NCBI GenBank assembly: GCA_030324005.1
Contig: JARDVH010000073.1
Location: 50,510,982 to 50,574,981 of the forward strand
Source of the DNA: Negaprion brevirostris
Taxonomy: Eukaryota
Length of the DNA: 64,000 bases
Direction: 5' to 3'
Part shown: in pieces, positions 23,361 to 35,432 of the stretch
Layout: every line of letters begins with the position of its first letter
Numbering within the stretch: position 1 is the first letter of the stretch
The notes under the pieces: generated by a model
Database searches by the model: none
Seen by the model: only the letters and a program-made list of their open reading frames with translations
What the model was told of the DNA's origin: nothing
Translations under genes and position numbers: made by a program

Positions 23361-24085
23361 ATTTACCTCTTCTATATGATGCAGAAAGAACAAGTCTGTA
23401 TTTCAAAAACATACTTCACTCATATCAGGGTACATTACATTGTTCAAAATTGATATGACATAAGGTGCAAATCAAATCAGTTTCTTGCAAAACTGTTTGT
23501 CACTCATAACATTTACACTTGATGAATACTTTCCATACTCATTAGATGGCAAACACACACAGTCTTCTAACAGGCCAAAGAGCCTTTCTCCACAATGTCT
23601 CTGGGCCAGCTCCCCTAAGCAGTTAAGCAAAGGCATTTTTGGGAAAGATTAAACAGTACAAATGCTGCGGAAGACATGACTGATTTAAAAAAATCTTTTT
23701 TTATTTATAATTGGGACAGAGTGCGAACGTAGTCCTCCATTGCCACAAGTAGATTATCCTGCATTCAGGAACATTACAGGCCTTCACTCAAACTCCTGAA
23801 TGACAGGTGGATCACACTGTCTGGGTGTGAATGGTTCCTGGGCTTCCAAAATTCACATGCGAGTTGTTTTCCATTTAGGCAGAAGACATAATCATGGAAG
23901 GGGCAAGGGTGGAGGTGAATTTGATGCAGCCGTTGTGCAAATTGGTATCAGGCGATGGATGTGCCACTCTAATGACAACAATTGCTGCTCCTTGCAGGCA
24001 GCCTGTCCCTCTTAAAGGGGGAGCTCAGAAAAGGAAGCGGCTGCTGACTGCCAGTATTGCAAATAGCTGCATGTAGAAGCAATAA

Positions 24086-24293
24086 ATGGAGCACCATAGA
24101 CAGAGGATCACTGGAGTAATGGAGATTGACAGGAGGAAAGAGACCATTCTTGCACAGGGGCTGCAAAGGGCACTCAATATGCCTGAGAAGGGAGTGGGAA
24201 CTGGGGAACAAAAAAGAGGTCAACTCATGTCATCTAGTCCTGTACACATGGCAGTACCACAGGAAGTTCAATAACCTGACATATGTGCTTGAG
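24086..24293 (+). pseudogene. Myb/SANT-like (MSANTD/NAIF1-type, Harbinger accessory protein) relic
   Basis: CLRREWELGNKKEVNSCHLVLYTWQYHRKFNNLTYV resembles the trihelix motif W..IA.EVNA....RTW.QCRKKFNDL. Frameshifted. Confidence 0.65.
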
Positions 24294-24309
24294 ATCTGTG
24301 AATGCCTCT

Positions 24310-24570
24310 TCAAAGGACAACCATTCTCAAGAGAAGTAATGGAAACCTGAGGAGAAAGCTGTCCTTGCTCCAGTGGAATACTCTGCTCGAGAGTGTGGTG
24401 GAGGCAGGGTCAATCAAGACATTCAAGAAAAAAACTGAAGTATCATCTGAAAAAGAAGAACACAGAGGGTGACTGGAAGAAAACCAGGGCGGAGGCACTG
24501 ACTGAAATGCTCAATCGGAGAGCTAATTCAGATACAATGGGCCAAATGGCCTCCTTCCATCCTAAAACAG
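24310..24570 (+). mobile_element. CR1 LINE 3' fragment
   Basis: TGGAATACTCTG...GTGGTGGAGGCAGGGTCAATCAAGACATTCAAG ... ATGGGCCAAATGGCCTCCTTC. Confidence 0.6.
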
Positions 24571-25528
24571 TTGACTATAATCCATCACACAACCATCCAC
24601 TCATACATCCATCACTTACCCATCTGTTCTGGCAACTAGAACTCAGGTCTATCATTCAGACAATTCACCTCAGTTTCACACACCCACCAATGATTAAGCT
24701 ATTCAGCTAAGGCAGGAATATCACCCAAACACTTTGGAACACAATCGCTGGCACTGCCTCCCTATCTCTCTTGCAGAATGAGGTCACACAGTCACAGGGA
24801 GTAGAACAGAAACAGTGGGAGGCAGGCACACCTGCATCTTCCTGGCCTGACAGAGGAGCTGGAGCATTACACGGCTGGTTGTGACAGAGTCTACAGCATC
24901 CTGTCTCACGAAGAATGAGGATCACAATATGTTTCTGCCTTGTGCCTCTGCTGAATCTCACCCTCATCCTGATACCTGCCATGGAGTGCAAGCTGCTTTA
25001 AAGTGACTATGGATCTCCTGCTTCCCACACTGTTCCACCTACCCTCACTGCCACTCCTCCATGTTGGACGCTCAACGTTCAGACATCCAAAACCTTCCAC
25101 CTGAGAAGTTACCTCACACTTAGGATGAATGACAAGAGCAGCATAATTTCATGATCAAGCACTGCTATTGGAGCTGACATTCAGGGCCAACAGCCCAGAC
25201 CCTGGTATTCAGTGATAGTAAAGAGTTGAGGTCAATGCTTGGTGAGTCACTGGGCCAGAGTGGGCTGCAACAAGCCACGGGTAAAAAATAGCTCATATGC
25301 TATTGTAGCTACAGTAATTAAATGGCTAGTCCAGTTCAGTTTATGGTCAATGGTAACCCCCAAAATGTTAGTTCCACAGCAGCCCAGCAATCTGTCTTCC
25401 AGCAGATAATTTGGAGATCATTCAGAGAGCTGAGGCACTGCCCTGCAGGAATGACAGTGACACCACGGAAACCAAGCTTGTTGTCCTCACTCAAGATGAC
25501 AGCATTCGTACACACACCACTGCCGCTC

Positions 25529-25847
25529 CATAGATTATAGAACATAGAATCCCTACAGTGCAGGAAGAGGCTATTCAGTCTATCGAGTCTGCACCAATTC
25601 TCCAACAGAGCATATTATCTAGCTCCACTCCCCACCCTATCTCCATAACCCTGCGCATTTACCATGGTTAATCCACTTAACCTACACACGTTTGCACANN
25701 NNNNNNCCCAGTCCAACGCCGGCATATCCACATCATGACTACTGTAGGAGGCAACCAGAGTACCCTGCGGAAACCCACGCTGACATGGACAGAATGAGCA
25801 AACTCCACACAGACAGTCACCTGGCACTGTAAGGCAGCAGTGCTAAC
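25529..25847 (-). mobile_element. V-SINE subfamily A (HE1-like) with an internal Penelope-like fragment at ~25707-25740
   Basis: Tail reads CATAGAATCCCTACAGTGCAG on +, followed by the V-domain reverse complement GGAAACCCACGC...GCAAACTCCACACAGACAGTCACC. Confidence 0.8.
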
Positions 25848-27614
25848 TTTGCTGCTCCAGGCGTGCCTTTGCTTCTCAGCCACAAGCCAGGCTGCTGCCA
25901 CCCATGACGAGGTGTTGCAGACCAAACCCAGGCCTTCTATGTTCAGGGCTGCTCAGCAGCCTTCCATCATCCAAGCCACAGCCATGGGGGTACCATTGCG
26001 CCGGAACACTAGGACAGGCAAATGCAGCTGCAAGACAGGCACATGGGTGAAAAATTCATTTTTTATTTGAGAGGTTATAATTTTTTTGATGGTGTTCCTT
26101 AATGCAGGATTTTTTTCAAGAGGACAGTCTCATTGGTTACAGCGATCAATTTAGTGGTCCACAAATGAAGTTGTTATTGTCACAGTCAAAAACATAGCGG
26201 GCAGAGAGAAGCTGCAGGTGTTGAAGATGGCAGCTCCAGCCCGCTAACATTCATTAGGGAAATTACAGGGATGTAAATGAGAATCCAGCTGGCAACTTGT
26301 ATAACGCCTCAGACTCACAACTTGGCGAGCAGGGCACTGGGAGACTGCAGACGTGAATTAACACAATCCACAGAATGTGAGAGTCAGGTGTGACATTTAC
26401 AGCATCAGCTAAGTAGCAACAACTTGACTTTCAAACCAAGATAGATTTTGGATGCTATTTCCAATTAAAATTCAGAAACGAAAATTAACTGTGATTAACT
26501 CCACCCTCCCCCCCACAACACACCCGAGTAAAAAGTTCTAAAGAGCCCGTGAATTAGCATATTTGTTGAATTCAAAAATCTTTTGGATGTTCTGCATGAA
26601 AGGATATTCTTGTTGTCACTTTTTAAAGTCAGAATATAGTACCAGGATTTGGTTATTCAGCCCCTAGAGCAGGCTAGCCCAGTCAGTGGTCCAAAATGTA
26701 CCCTCCTCCACCCCACAGTGATCATTCAAAATGCTGCAAAGACAGGTCAGTGAGGTTGAAAGTTTCTGCAGGGGGCTGCTCCTCCAATCACAGGCTAGTC
26801 CTCAACCACATCTGCTGCTGATAGGCTTACAATAGCGCCTATCAGCAGCAACATGGAAGAGATACAGGCTAAATTGGAGGGCCAGAGAACACCAACAATA
26901 CACAGGTAGAAAGGGACTCTGGGGTGTGCGGGATCTCTGCTCTCCACTCTTGCCCCCTGTCCTCGTTGCCGATCCCTGGTTCTTCTCATAGAATCATGGA
27001 GGTGAGTGAGGGACAGACACAGGGGCAATGTCCCTGAATCATGCAGTAGGTGGATATTCAACTAAGATTATCTGTTTGAGCACAATTCAATTGGTCTTAA
27101 TGAAACTGGAGCATTGAGAACCCACCCATATTGTGAGGCAGTCCTGAAGCATTCTTTGCAACAAATAAAGTGTGGCCTCCCAGCAAAGATGAGTTGGGCC
27201 AAGTAGCCTTTCTACATGTGATGTAATTTGCATTTATGTTGAAATATCTTGAGTTTAGAAAAGTATCCCAAGTTACTTCAGTGAAATGTGATTAGATGAA
27301 ACTGTATACCAATTCAAAAAGAGACTTTAGAGAAGTGGGAGATAATCTGACCAGACATGCATTTTAAGGGGAGGGTTTTAAAGAGAGTGGGAAGTGGATG
27401 GACAGAGATTTATGTATGAAAGGTCTTTTTTGACATAAAATGTTTAATGGCCTCAGAACATCTCAAATTGCTTTATAACCAGTGAAGTGAAATGCAGACA
27501 TTGCTGTGTATGTTCAAAATGCATACATAACAAGATCCCACAATTGGAAAAGTTTTCCATAAAATTGGCTGAGGGGTCAGCGTTGACCAGGAAACCAGGG
27601 AGAACTCCTGCCCT

Positions 27615-27928
27615 GGTCAGCATGGTGGTACAGCGGATGGCACTGCTTCCTCACAGTATCAGGTACACCGACCTCGGATGACTACGTGGAGTTTGCATGT
27701 TCTCCCCATGGCTGTGTGGGTTTGCCCTGGGTGCTCCTGTTTCTTTCCATAGTCCAAGATGTGTGAGTCAGGTTGATTGGCCATGATAAATTGCCCCTCA
27801 GTGTCACGGGGATTAACAGGGTAAATATGTGGGGTTGCGGGGTTAGCACCTCGATGGGATTGTTGTTGGTGCAGGCTCGATTGGTTGAATGGCCTCTTTC
27901 TGCCCTATAGGGATCCTATGATTCTATG
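27615..27928 (+). mobile_element. V-SINE subfamily A (HE1-like), inserted into an older L2-tailed SINE on the minus strand (~27420-28010)
   Basis: Head CAGCATGGTGGTACAGCGG, V-domain and tail ...GGGATCCTATGATTCTATG. The flanks resemble the reverse complement of the SacSINE-like family. Confidence 0.85.
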
Positions 27929-29074
27929 GACCTTTGGAGCAGATGGAGCCTCTGCTTAATATCTAATTCAAAAGCCACACTCAAACAGTTAGTTCAGCAC
28001 TACGCTGGCGTGTAAGGGAGAGAAATTCTGCCACTTGGAGCCCAGGCAGCTGAATATTGTCAATGGTAGGGTTAAGTACCTTAAAATTGAGGCCTGTATT
28101 TTGTTACGAGAAGCACTCATGGCCCAGTTGGTCCTGCTTCATTCCTGTACCCACTGGTGCTGAAAAGATCTTTTTGGAAGAGAGTCAAAGTGACTTCATT
28201 TTCCTTATGTAAATTCAGCTTTGAGTATCTGTTTACACAAGTAATTATATTGTGAGGCAGCCCTTAAGCATTCTTCAATGCAAAGGGAGTGTGAGCTGGG
28301 GATCTATGTCAGATTAAGCACTGCAGGCTACGAATCTACAAACTGGCACGAGTGGCCCCCCCCTCACAACAAGAATCAACATGCTACTATTAAAGTCTGC
28401 TATGAATCAGGTAGCAATTAGCAACAGCATCAGAGCTGATTGCTATATTATTAGTGGGCTTCTAATTGCCCACCATATTATATTTCAAAAAATGGCTTAT
28501 ACACGCCAGTGCAATTAAGGTCCTGTTGAAACTTCCCACTTCAATTCTCTGCTCCAAAATATGTCAACTCTCCAACAGTCAAGCATTTCTGAACACTTGG
28601 CAGTTTAATCATGCCTGCAGTTCCAAGCAAAGAAGAAGAAATGCTAGAATTTGCACAGCAGCACTTTTTGGTTCTGTGAAACATATCGTATTGCGATTCA
28701 GTATAAACCTATATCCCCTTCCCCATTCTCTCAGTTCTGACCTTTGTTTGGCATTATGTTATACGGCAATCTCTTCCAGTCCCTGAAGGCACGATTGCAA
28801 AGCACTAACTTAGTGGCCAATTTGCTCGCTGTAACACACGTTTTCCCAATGGAACTGCACTCAAAACATTGTTCCCACCTTCCTCATAGCATGGCCCAGT
28901 CAGTGGCTGCACTCTCATCCCTCTGTTAGGAAATCAAGTGCTCAAGTCCCACTGCAGGAACTGAGCTCTTTCAGGATAGTGCTGTTGGTGGAGAAGTAAG
29001 TGGAAAAGATAATATTAAGCAAAAAGCATGGAGTCCTCATAATGTCAGGGCCTATGTTCCTCACTCTACAAATA

Positions 29075-29240
29075 ATTTGTCCAAGAGACTTGCTGGTTAG
29101 GTGCATCAATGATGCTAAATTCTCCCTCAGCGTACCAAACAGGCAACAGAGTGTGGCGACTAGGAGATTTTCACAGTACCTTCATTGCACTGTTAATGCG
29201 AGCCTATTTGTGACACTAATTAATAAACTTTAAAAAACTT
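29075..29240 (+). mobile_element. V-SINE subfamily B, 5'-truncated
   Basis: GTCCAAGAGACTTGCTGGTTAGGTGCAT...GTGGCGACTAGGAGATTTTCACAGTACCTTCATTGC...TGTGACACTAATTAATAAACTTT. Confidence 0.8.
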
Positions 29241-30890
29241 ATTGATGATCGTGAAATCATGTGTACAAAATGAAAGCTGCATTTGTTTATATAATAGTCA
29301 ATACCAAAGTAATTAATTACATAAGAAGTGTTTTGGAATGTCTTAATGAACGTATGGCCTAAGTTGAAGATTTGTTTTTATTTTCTCTTGAAGGTATTGA
29401 CCTCGTGATGGACTATTATTCACCAGCTACCAGGGAGTGTCTCCATTATTGTGCCCCTTCCTACATTGCAAATGGCTACATTCAAAAGTCCTTCAATGGC
29501 TGTTAAGCACTGTTCTGGTCTTGTGAAAGGCCGTACGAATACAAGTCCATTCTTTCTTTCTTTTGTCCACCCACCTTGCCTGTACCAGCACTCTGTAAGG
29601 TCTACCTACTTAGACTCAATCACGTGTTCATTTACCATAACCTGTTAACTTATTAGTAGAGCAAGCAGAGACGCCAGACAGGACAATTAAACTAAACACC
29701 TCTGAACTATGAAAAAACGGAGATGTTTGCAAACTCAATTAGTTATCAAGCAGTTGTTATGTCAGATGCACAAATGGTGTGTGACGACGAACAATGATTC
29801 ACAGACAGAAATAATCCATTTAAAAGATGCACAAGAAATCAGTTTTTAGCATCCTTCATTGTGTCAACAAATTCAGGGATAAGGAATAGAATGAAAGACA
29901 GGTGAGTAGTGATTTACAAAAATGATTAAATTAAGTGTGACTATAATCCAAAGTCTGATTATATTCACACTGCACCTTAATCAAACTCACTGTTTATAAA
30001 CTAGAACAGAAGCAATGACGAATATTTTCCCAATACTAAACCTATCTCAAAGTTTTTCAGGACAGTGAGAGGGCTTTGAGGGCTATCCTCTGTTAGGTGG
30101 ACCATAAGCAATGTGATTACGGTGGTCCATCAGACAGGAGAATTCACTATGAGGTTAATTGACTGAAGTTATCAAAAAGGGAGATGGAAACAGTAACAGG
30201 GCATCCAACGTACTTGTATAAGGCTTTGGATTATAGACCCGCCGAGTTGCTTCAGCACAGGAGAACATTCAGCCCATTGTTTCTACACCTGTTTTCCACT
30301 TCATGCCACTTCCCTTACTTCTCCCAGTCGCCCTTCAAATTCACCCTGTTCAGATCATAATCCAATTCCCTGTTGAATAACTCGATTGGATATGGGACAA
30401 CTGCAAGAAAATGGGATTAGTATGCCTTTAGAGATAGTTATTGTCAGTGCAGATGAGCCAAACAGCCTCTTCTGCACTGTGTGACTCTATGAAACTGCCT
30501 CCACCATTCTCTCAGGTAGTGCATTCCAGATCTTAACCACTCGCTACATTCCTCAAGTCGCCATTGCTTCCTTTGCCAAATATCTTAAATCGGCGCTGCA
30601 TTCTTCAAGTTACAAGCCAATGCGCAGAGTTGACAGGGCAAGCCCAAATCCATCGCTTTGCTTGCTCCAATAACCAAATTCTAATTGAATCCAATTCATG
30701 GTCCACACAAGAGAGACAAACGAGATCCAAGTTGAGAATATAAAGCATTGCATCCCATCTTGGGGCCTGATGTGACTTCGACAAAAGATTAAATTGGCAC
30801 CCTCCTGTTCTCGATCCTTTCAGGAGAGGGAACAATCTTTTTCCTATTAATTCTGCCCAGAGCCCTCATGATCTTACTATGCTCCCTTAT

Positions 30891-32900
30891 TAAGAAATAG
30901 GAACAGGACATTCGGCCCATCAGGCCTGCTCCACCACTCAACAAAATCATGGCTGATCTGACATTCCTCATGTCCACGTTCCTTTTCCCCGTAACCCATG
31001 ATTCCCTTACTGATCAAAAATCTATCTATCTCAGCCTTAAGTTTACACAAGGACTCTTCCCCCATAGCTCTCTGTGGCAAGGTGTTCCAAAGATTCACAA
31101 CCATCTGAGAGAAGAAATTCCTCCTCATCTCAGTCTTAAATTGGCACCCCTTCATTCTGAGCCTATGCCCTCTGGTCCTAGACTTTCCAATGAGGGGAAA
31201 CATCCTTTCAGCGTTATTTCCCCATAGGAATCAACTTAGTGAACTCGGGGATCATCCTAGTGAACCTTCACTGAGCTGCCTCGAATGAAGTAATATATTT
31301 CATTCGGTGCTGGGGCCTCAACTGTTTATCATATACATAGACGATCTGGAGGAGGGGGCTGGGGTAACAAAGTTTGCTGATGACACGAAGATGAGTGGAA
31401 AAGCGAATTGTGTGGAGGACGCGGAAAGTCTGCAGAGAGATTTGGATAGGCTCAGTGAGTGGGCGAGGACCTGGCAGATGGAGTATAACGTTGGCAAATG
31501 TGAGGTTATCCACTTTGAAAGAAATAATAGTTTTCCAATCCTCTGGTATTTCTCCAGAATCCAAGGATTTTTAGAAAATTACAACCAATGAGTCCACTAT
31601 CTCTGTAACTACTTCATTCAGGATCCTAGAATGCAAGCCATCAGGGCCAGGGAACTTATTTCCCTTTCACCCCATCAGTTTGTCTAATTGTACTTCTCCA
31701 GTGATGGTACTTAATTCTTTCCTGAGATCCTCTAGTATTAATGGGATGTTCAAAGTACCTTCTGCTGTAAAGACTGATGCAAAATATCTGATTAACTCCT
31801 CTTTAGTTCCCCAAAACTGCCTTCCCAGATTTATTTTCTAAGGGGCTTACGTTCACTTTGACTCATCCTTTTTCCATTGTAATTCCTCAGTTCATTGTAC
31901 ATCTCTTTTTTTATGTTTAACATTGTACTGCTCTTTATTTATGTTTAACACAGTTATTTCAGACCCAAGTTTCTCACACTCAAACTGAATATTATATTCT
32001 ATGATGTTATGATCACATTGGGGATTTTTTTACTTCTCAGTTAATTTATCAAACTTGTCTCATTACCCATTACCAAATCTGAACAAGCACGTTCTATGGT
32101 TGACTCCACAGCATACTGCTCTCGGAAACTATCCCTAATGCACTCTATGAATTTGTAGTCATAGCTACTCTTTTCAACTTGATTAACCCAATCAACATTA
32201 AAAATTCAAGTCACCCATAATTATTGCTATATTCTTTTTACATCTCATATTATTTGTTGATTTACACCCTTTCCAAATAGTGTGGCTACTGTTTGGAGGT
32301 CTATACACTACCCCTATCAATGTCATCTTTCCTATGCCATTTTTTTACCTCCATCCAAATAGACTATATTATCTGAGGCTAAATCGTTTCTCACAACTGA
32401 CCTCAATTTGTCACTTATTAACAGTGCTACCCCACCACCTTTTCCTTCCCTCCTGCCTTTCTGAAAGGTCAAATATCCCTGAACATTAAGTTCCCAGTTT
32501 TGATCTCTTTTTAACCATGCTTCCATTATGGCTATGAGATTATATCCATTTACTTTGATTTGCGCTTTCAGCTTGTCTATCTTGTTCCAAATGCCTTGTG
32601 CATTAGGATATAAAGCTTTTGGCTTGCCTTTCTGCCATTTTTGATTATCATCAGATTTCTTTGTACTGTGGCCCTATTTGCCACTCGTTCTTGATTACCC
32701 TGTCTAGGTTTCTGCATTTTACTGTTCTTTCTTTTATTACTGTCCTTGTTTCTCTTTCCCTTGTCAGCCTGCTGAGCTTCCCATTCCCCTTCCATTCTAA
32801 TTTAAACCTTTCTCAACCACACCAACAAATACTCACCCTAGGACATCAGCCCTGGTTCTGCCCAAGTGTAACGAGTCCAGGTTGTACTGTTTGTACGGGA
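30891..32900 (-). mobile_element. Long CR1 LINE relic (endonuclease, RT N-terminus and 3' end) with an oppositely oriented RT-core segment at 31301-31529
   Basis: Minus-strand peptides: EAWLKRDQNWELNVQGY...GKGGGVALLI (APE endonuclease), DSGEIPEDWK (RT N-terminus) and SRTRGHRLRMKG...RRNFFSQMVVNLWNTLP (C-terminus). Plus-strand peptide: LGPQLFIIYIDDLEEG...KFADDTK...WQMEYNVGKCEVIHF. Confidence 0.9.
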
Positions 32901-33509
32901 ATTAACTGGAGATTGTGACTGAGTTTTTTTTTAACCTTTGTCCTTGTTTCATTTCTGTTTTGTCATTTAAATCATGCTCTCTTTTTACATCAATACCTCA
33001 GCTGGCAAGATAACACTGGCTAGTCCTTGGGTAGCATGAAGACAAAATACTAATTTTGTATTATTGACTAGCATGCTGGGAAAGAGCGAGAAGCATGCAA
33101 ACACAATAAGAGAGAAAGAGAGAAAGCAAAATGAGAACTGAATAAAGGAAGGAAAGATAAAACATTGGCAGAAAGCAGAGTGAGAGCAGAGAGAAGAAAA
33201 GAGCAAGTAGGGCAAAGACAAAGTGACAAGTAACCTACAGAAGGGAGAGAAACAGGTGACAGATCGGTTGCCACTTTACCCTGTTGCTTAACTGGACTGC
33301 AGAGAAACAATGGTGGTGAACAAACACAGGCTAGAATCATCCCATCGAAGGATGAAGCATTATTCACAAAAACTTGGTAATTTATTTCAATTAGGTACAA
33401 TTGGAGGAAAGCGCAGTGAAACAGTTGGTTATAGACGTTAAACTTTTCTCACAGTTTCAATAGTGACGTACGCATTCAGAGAAATACTGGGGGAAATTCT
33501 CTCGTTCAA

Positions 33510-33805
33510 GAAGGTTGCACAGCTGCCTCACAGTACCAGGAAACCGGGTTCAATTCTGGCCTTGGGTAAGTGTTTGTGTGAAATTTCTTCCCCATGTCTG
33601 AATCGGTTTCTTCCAGGGGCTCTGGTTTCTTCCCACAGTCCAAAGATGTGTGGGTTTTCTTGGCCGTGCTAAATTTCCCCTTAGTGTTAGGGGGACTAAC
33701 AAGGTCAAATACATGGGGTTAAGTGGATAAGGCCTGGATGGAATTGATGTCGGTGCAGATTCAATGGGCTGAATGGCCTCCTTCTGTATTGTAGGGATTC
33801 TAAGA
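33510..33805 (+). mobile_element. V-SINE subfamily A (HE1-like)
   Basis: GCTGCCTCACAGTACCAGG...GGGTTCAATTC, V-domain and tail GGGCTGAATGGCCTCCTTCTGTATTGTAGGGATTCTA. Confidence 0.85.
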
Positions 33806-35094
33806 TCGAACCTTGATCTTCACCAAGTTGTAGGTGATGACATATTTTCACATGAATGATGCAACCTCATGTCCAGGCCAACCACCCCAACTCCACCTTA
33901 AAGCTTTAAAATATTTAAGTGAGGACATACTGAGAATTTCACTGAAGTGAAATCTCATGCATGATGTACAATTTCTCCCCTTGTGACACTGTCAATAAGA
34001 GTAGGCACTGCATTTCAGAATAATCTATTATACGTGCAGCATTTTGAAAATGTAAAATTTTGGTGAACAAGTGTCCTGAAGTTTCAACTAGATAATGTCG
34101 CGATGACAAGCGAGTGTTAACTGTGACTGGATGGAGAAGCAGATATGCTGCACAAAGAATCTACTGCACAACAGTCTACTGCATACACATGACAAACTAA
34201 ACCAATGCTCCTTCACTAATGTGTCTGATGTAAAAGACTAACTTTCAAAAGTATAAAGACACTTTGTTTCACCGTGCCCACAGGCTATGAAGTATTTGCC
34301 CTGACCACAAAATATTATTCCAACACCATCTCAGATTAATTGCATATTCAGCCATGTATAAGATCTGTCCATCTCTCTGCCTCTGGACTGACACATCAAG
34401 AATTACAAGGCTTTAATTTCCCACCTCGTTGCTTTTAGCAGACTATTTAATAAAAAAGACTTTTCACACTTCATGGACTTTCTTTTTCGATATTTCAGCT
34501 GGTTATGAAAATACCTGTCAGATAAATGACAATATACCTTTTCGCCTTTGAAATATATTAGCATTATCAAGTGTAGGGAATGGCAGTTGAATTGCAATGC
34601 ATTATAGTATGGCAAAAAACAGCTCCAGCTCCTGGATCATCTATGATTTGCATGCTTTAAGTGCCCATATGCTTTTCAATTACCGACCTGCAGCGCTATC
34701 TACATCGGAAACCCCAATACAGCCTGGCCACCTCCCATGGAGCAGATATGCTTTCGAAAGCCTTAGGTCACATGTAGCCCTGCAGGAGAACTTGTGTAAT
34801 TGTTGATGAACAAGCATATTTTAGCAGCACGAATTCCAGATGGAATTTGCAGTAGCCTAAAGGGAACTTTTGCTGCATTAACAAAAATCTGGTACCTAAC
34901 ATCCTTAAACGAAGCAACAGGTTTCAGTGCTAACTTTTTGCTGCTGTTTTTCTCCCTCTGCAAATGGAGAGAGGATTTTTTTTAAATTCCATATGCCCTT
35001 GGGTACGGTTCTGAAGTTTTACAGGATTTAGGATATGGCAATGCATTATCATGAGTCCACTGCATTGAGATTCTGGGATAACAAAATGAAACAT

Positions 35095-35432
35095 GTGAAT
35101 GTACAAATTAGGCCCTAGGAGCCTGCTCCACCATTCAATAAGACAATGGCTGATCTGATTGTAACCTCCTACCTACCCCCAACAACCTTTCACCCTATTG
35201 TTTACAAAGGATCTACCTNNNNNNNNNNNNNNNNNNNNNNNNNNNNNNNNNNNNNNNNNNNNNNNNNNNNNNNNNNNNNNNNNNNNNNNNNNNNNNNNNN
35301 NNNNNNNNNNNNNNNNNNTCTACCTGCCTCTGCCTTCAAAATATTCAAAGATTCTGCTTCCACTGTCCCTTTTGAGGAAGACATACTATGAGGGAAATAT
35401 TCTCCCCATCTCTGTCTTAAATGGGTGACCTC
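35095..35432 (-). mobile_element. CR1 LINE 3' fragment (gap inside)
   Basis: GAGCCTGCTCCACCATTCAATAAGACAATGGCTGATCTG is the CR1 3'UTR reverse complement; the minus strand also encodes TVEAESLNILKAE. Confidence 0.7.

Larger units (their letters stand above)
23900..26060 (+). mobile_element. Decayed Harbinger-type element carrying a Myb/SANT-like gene relic, interrupted by CR1 and V-SINE insertions
   Basis: Myb/SANT relic at 24086-24293. Segments 25170-25520 and 25850-26045 are similar to the accessory-gene relics at 2950-3620 and 43930-44240. Confidence 0.55.
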
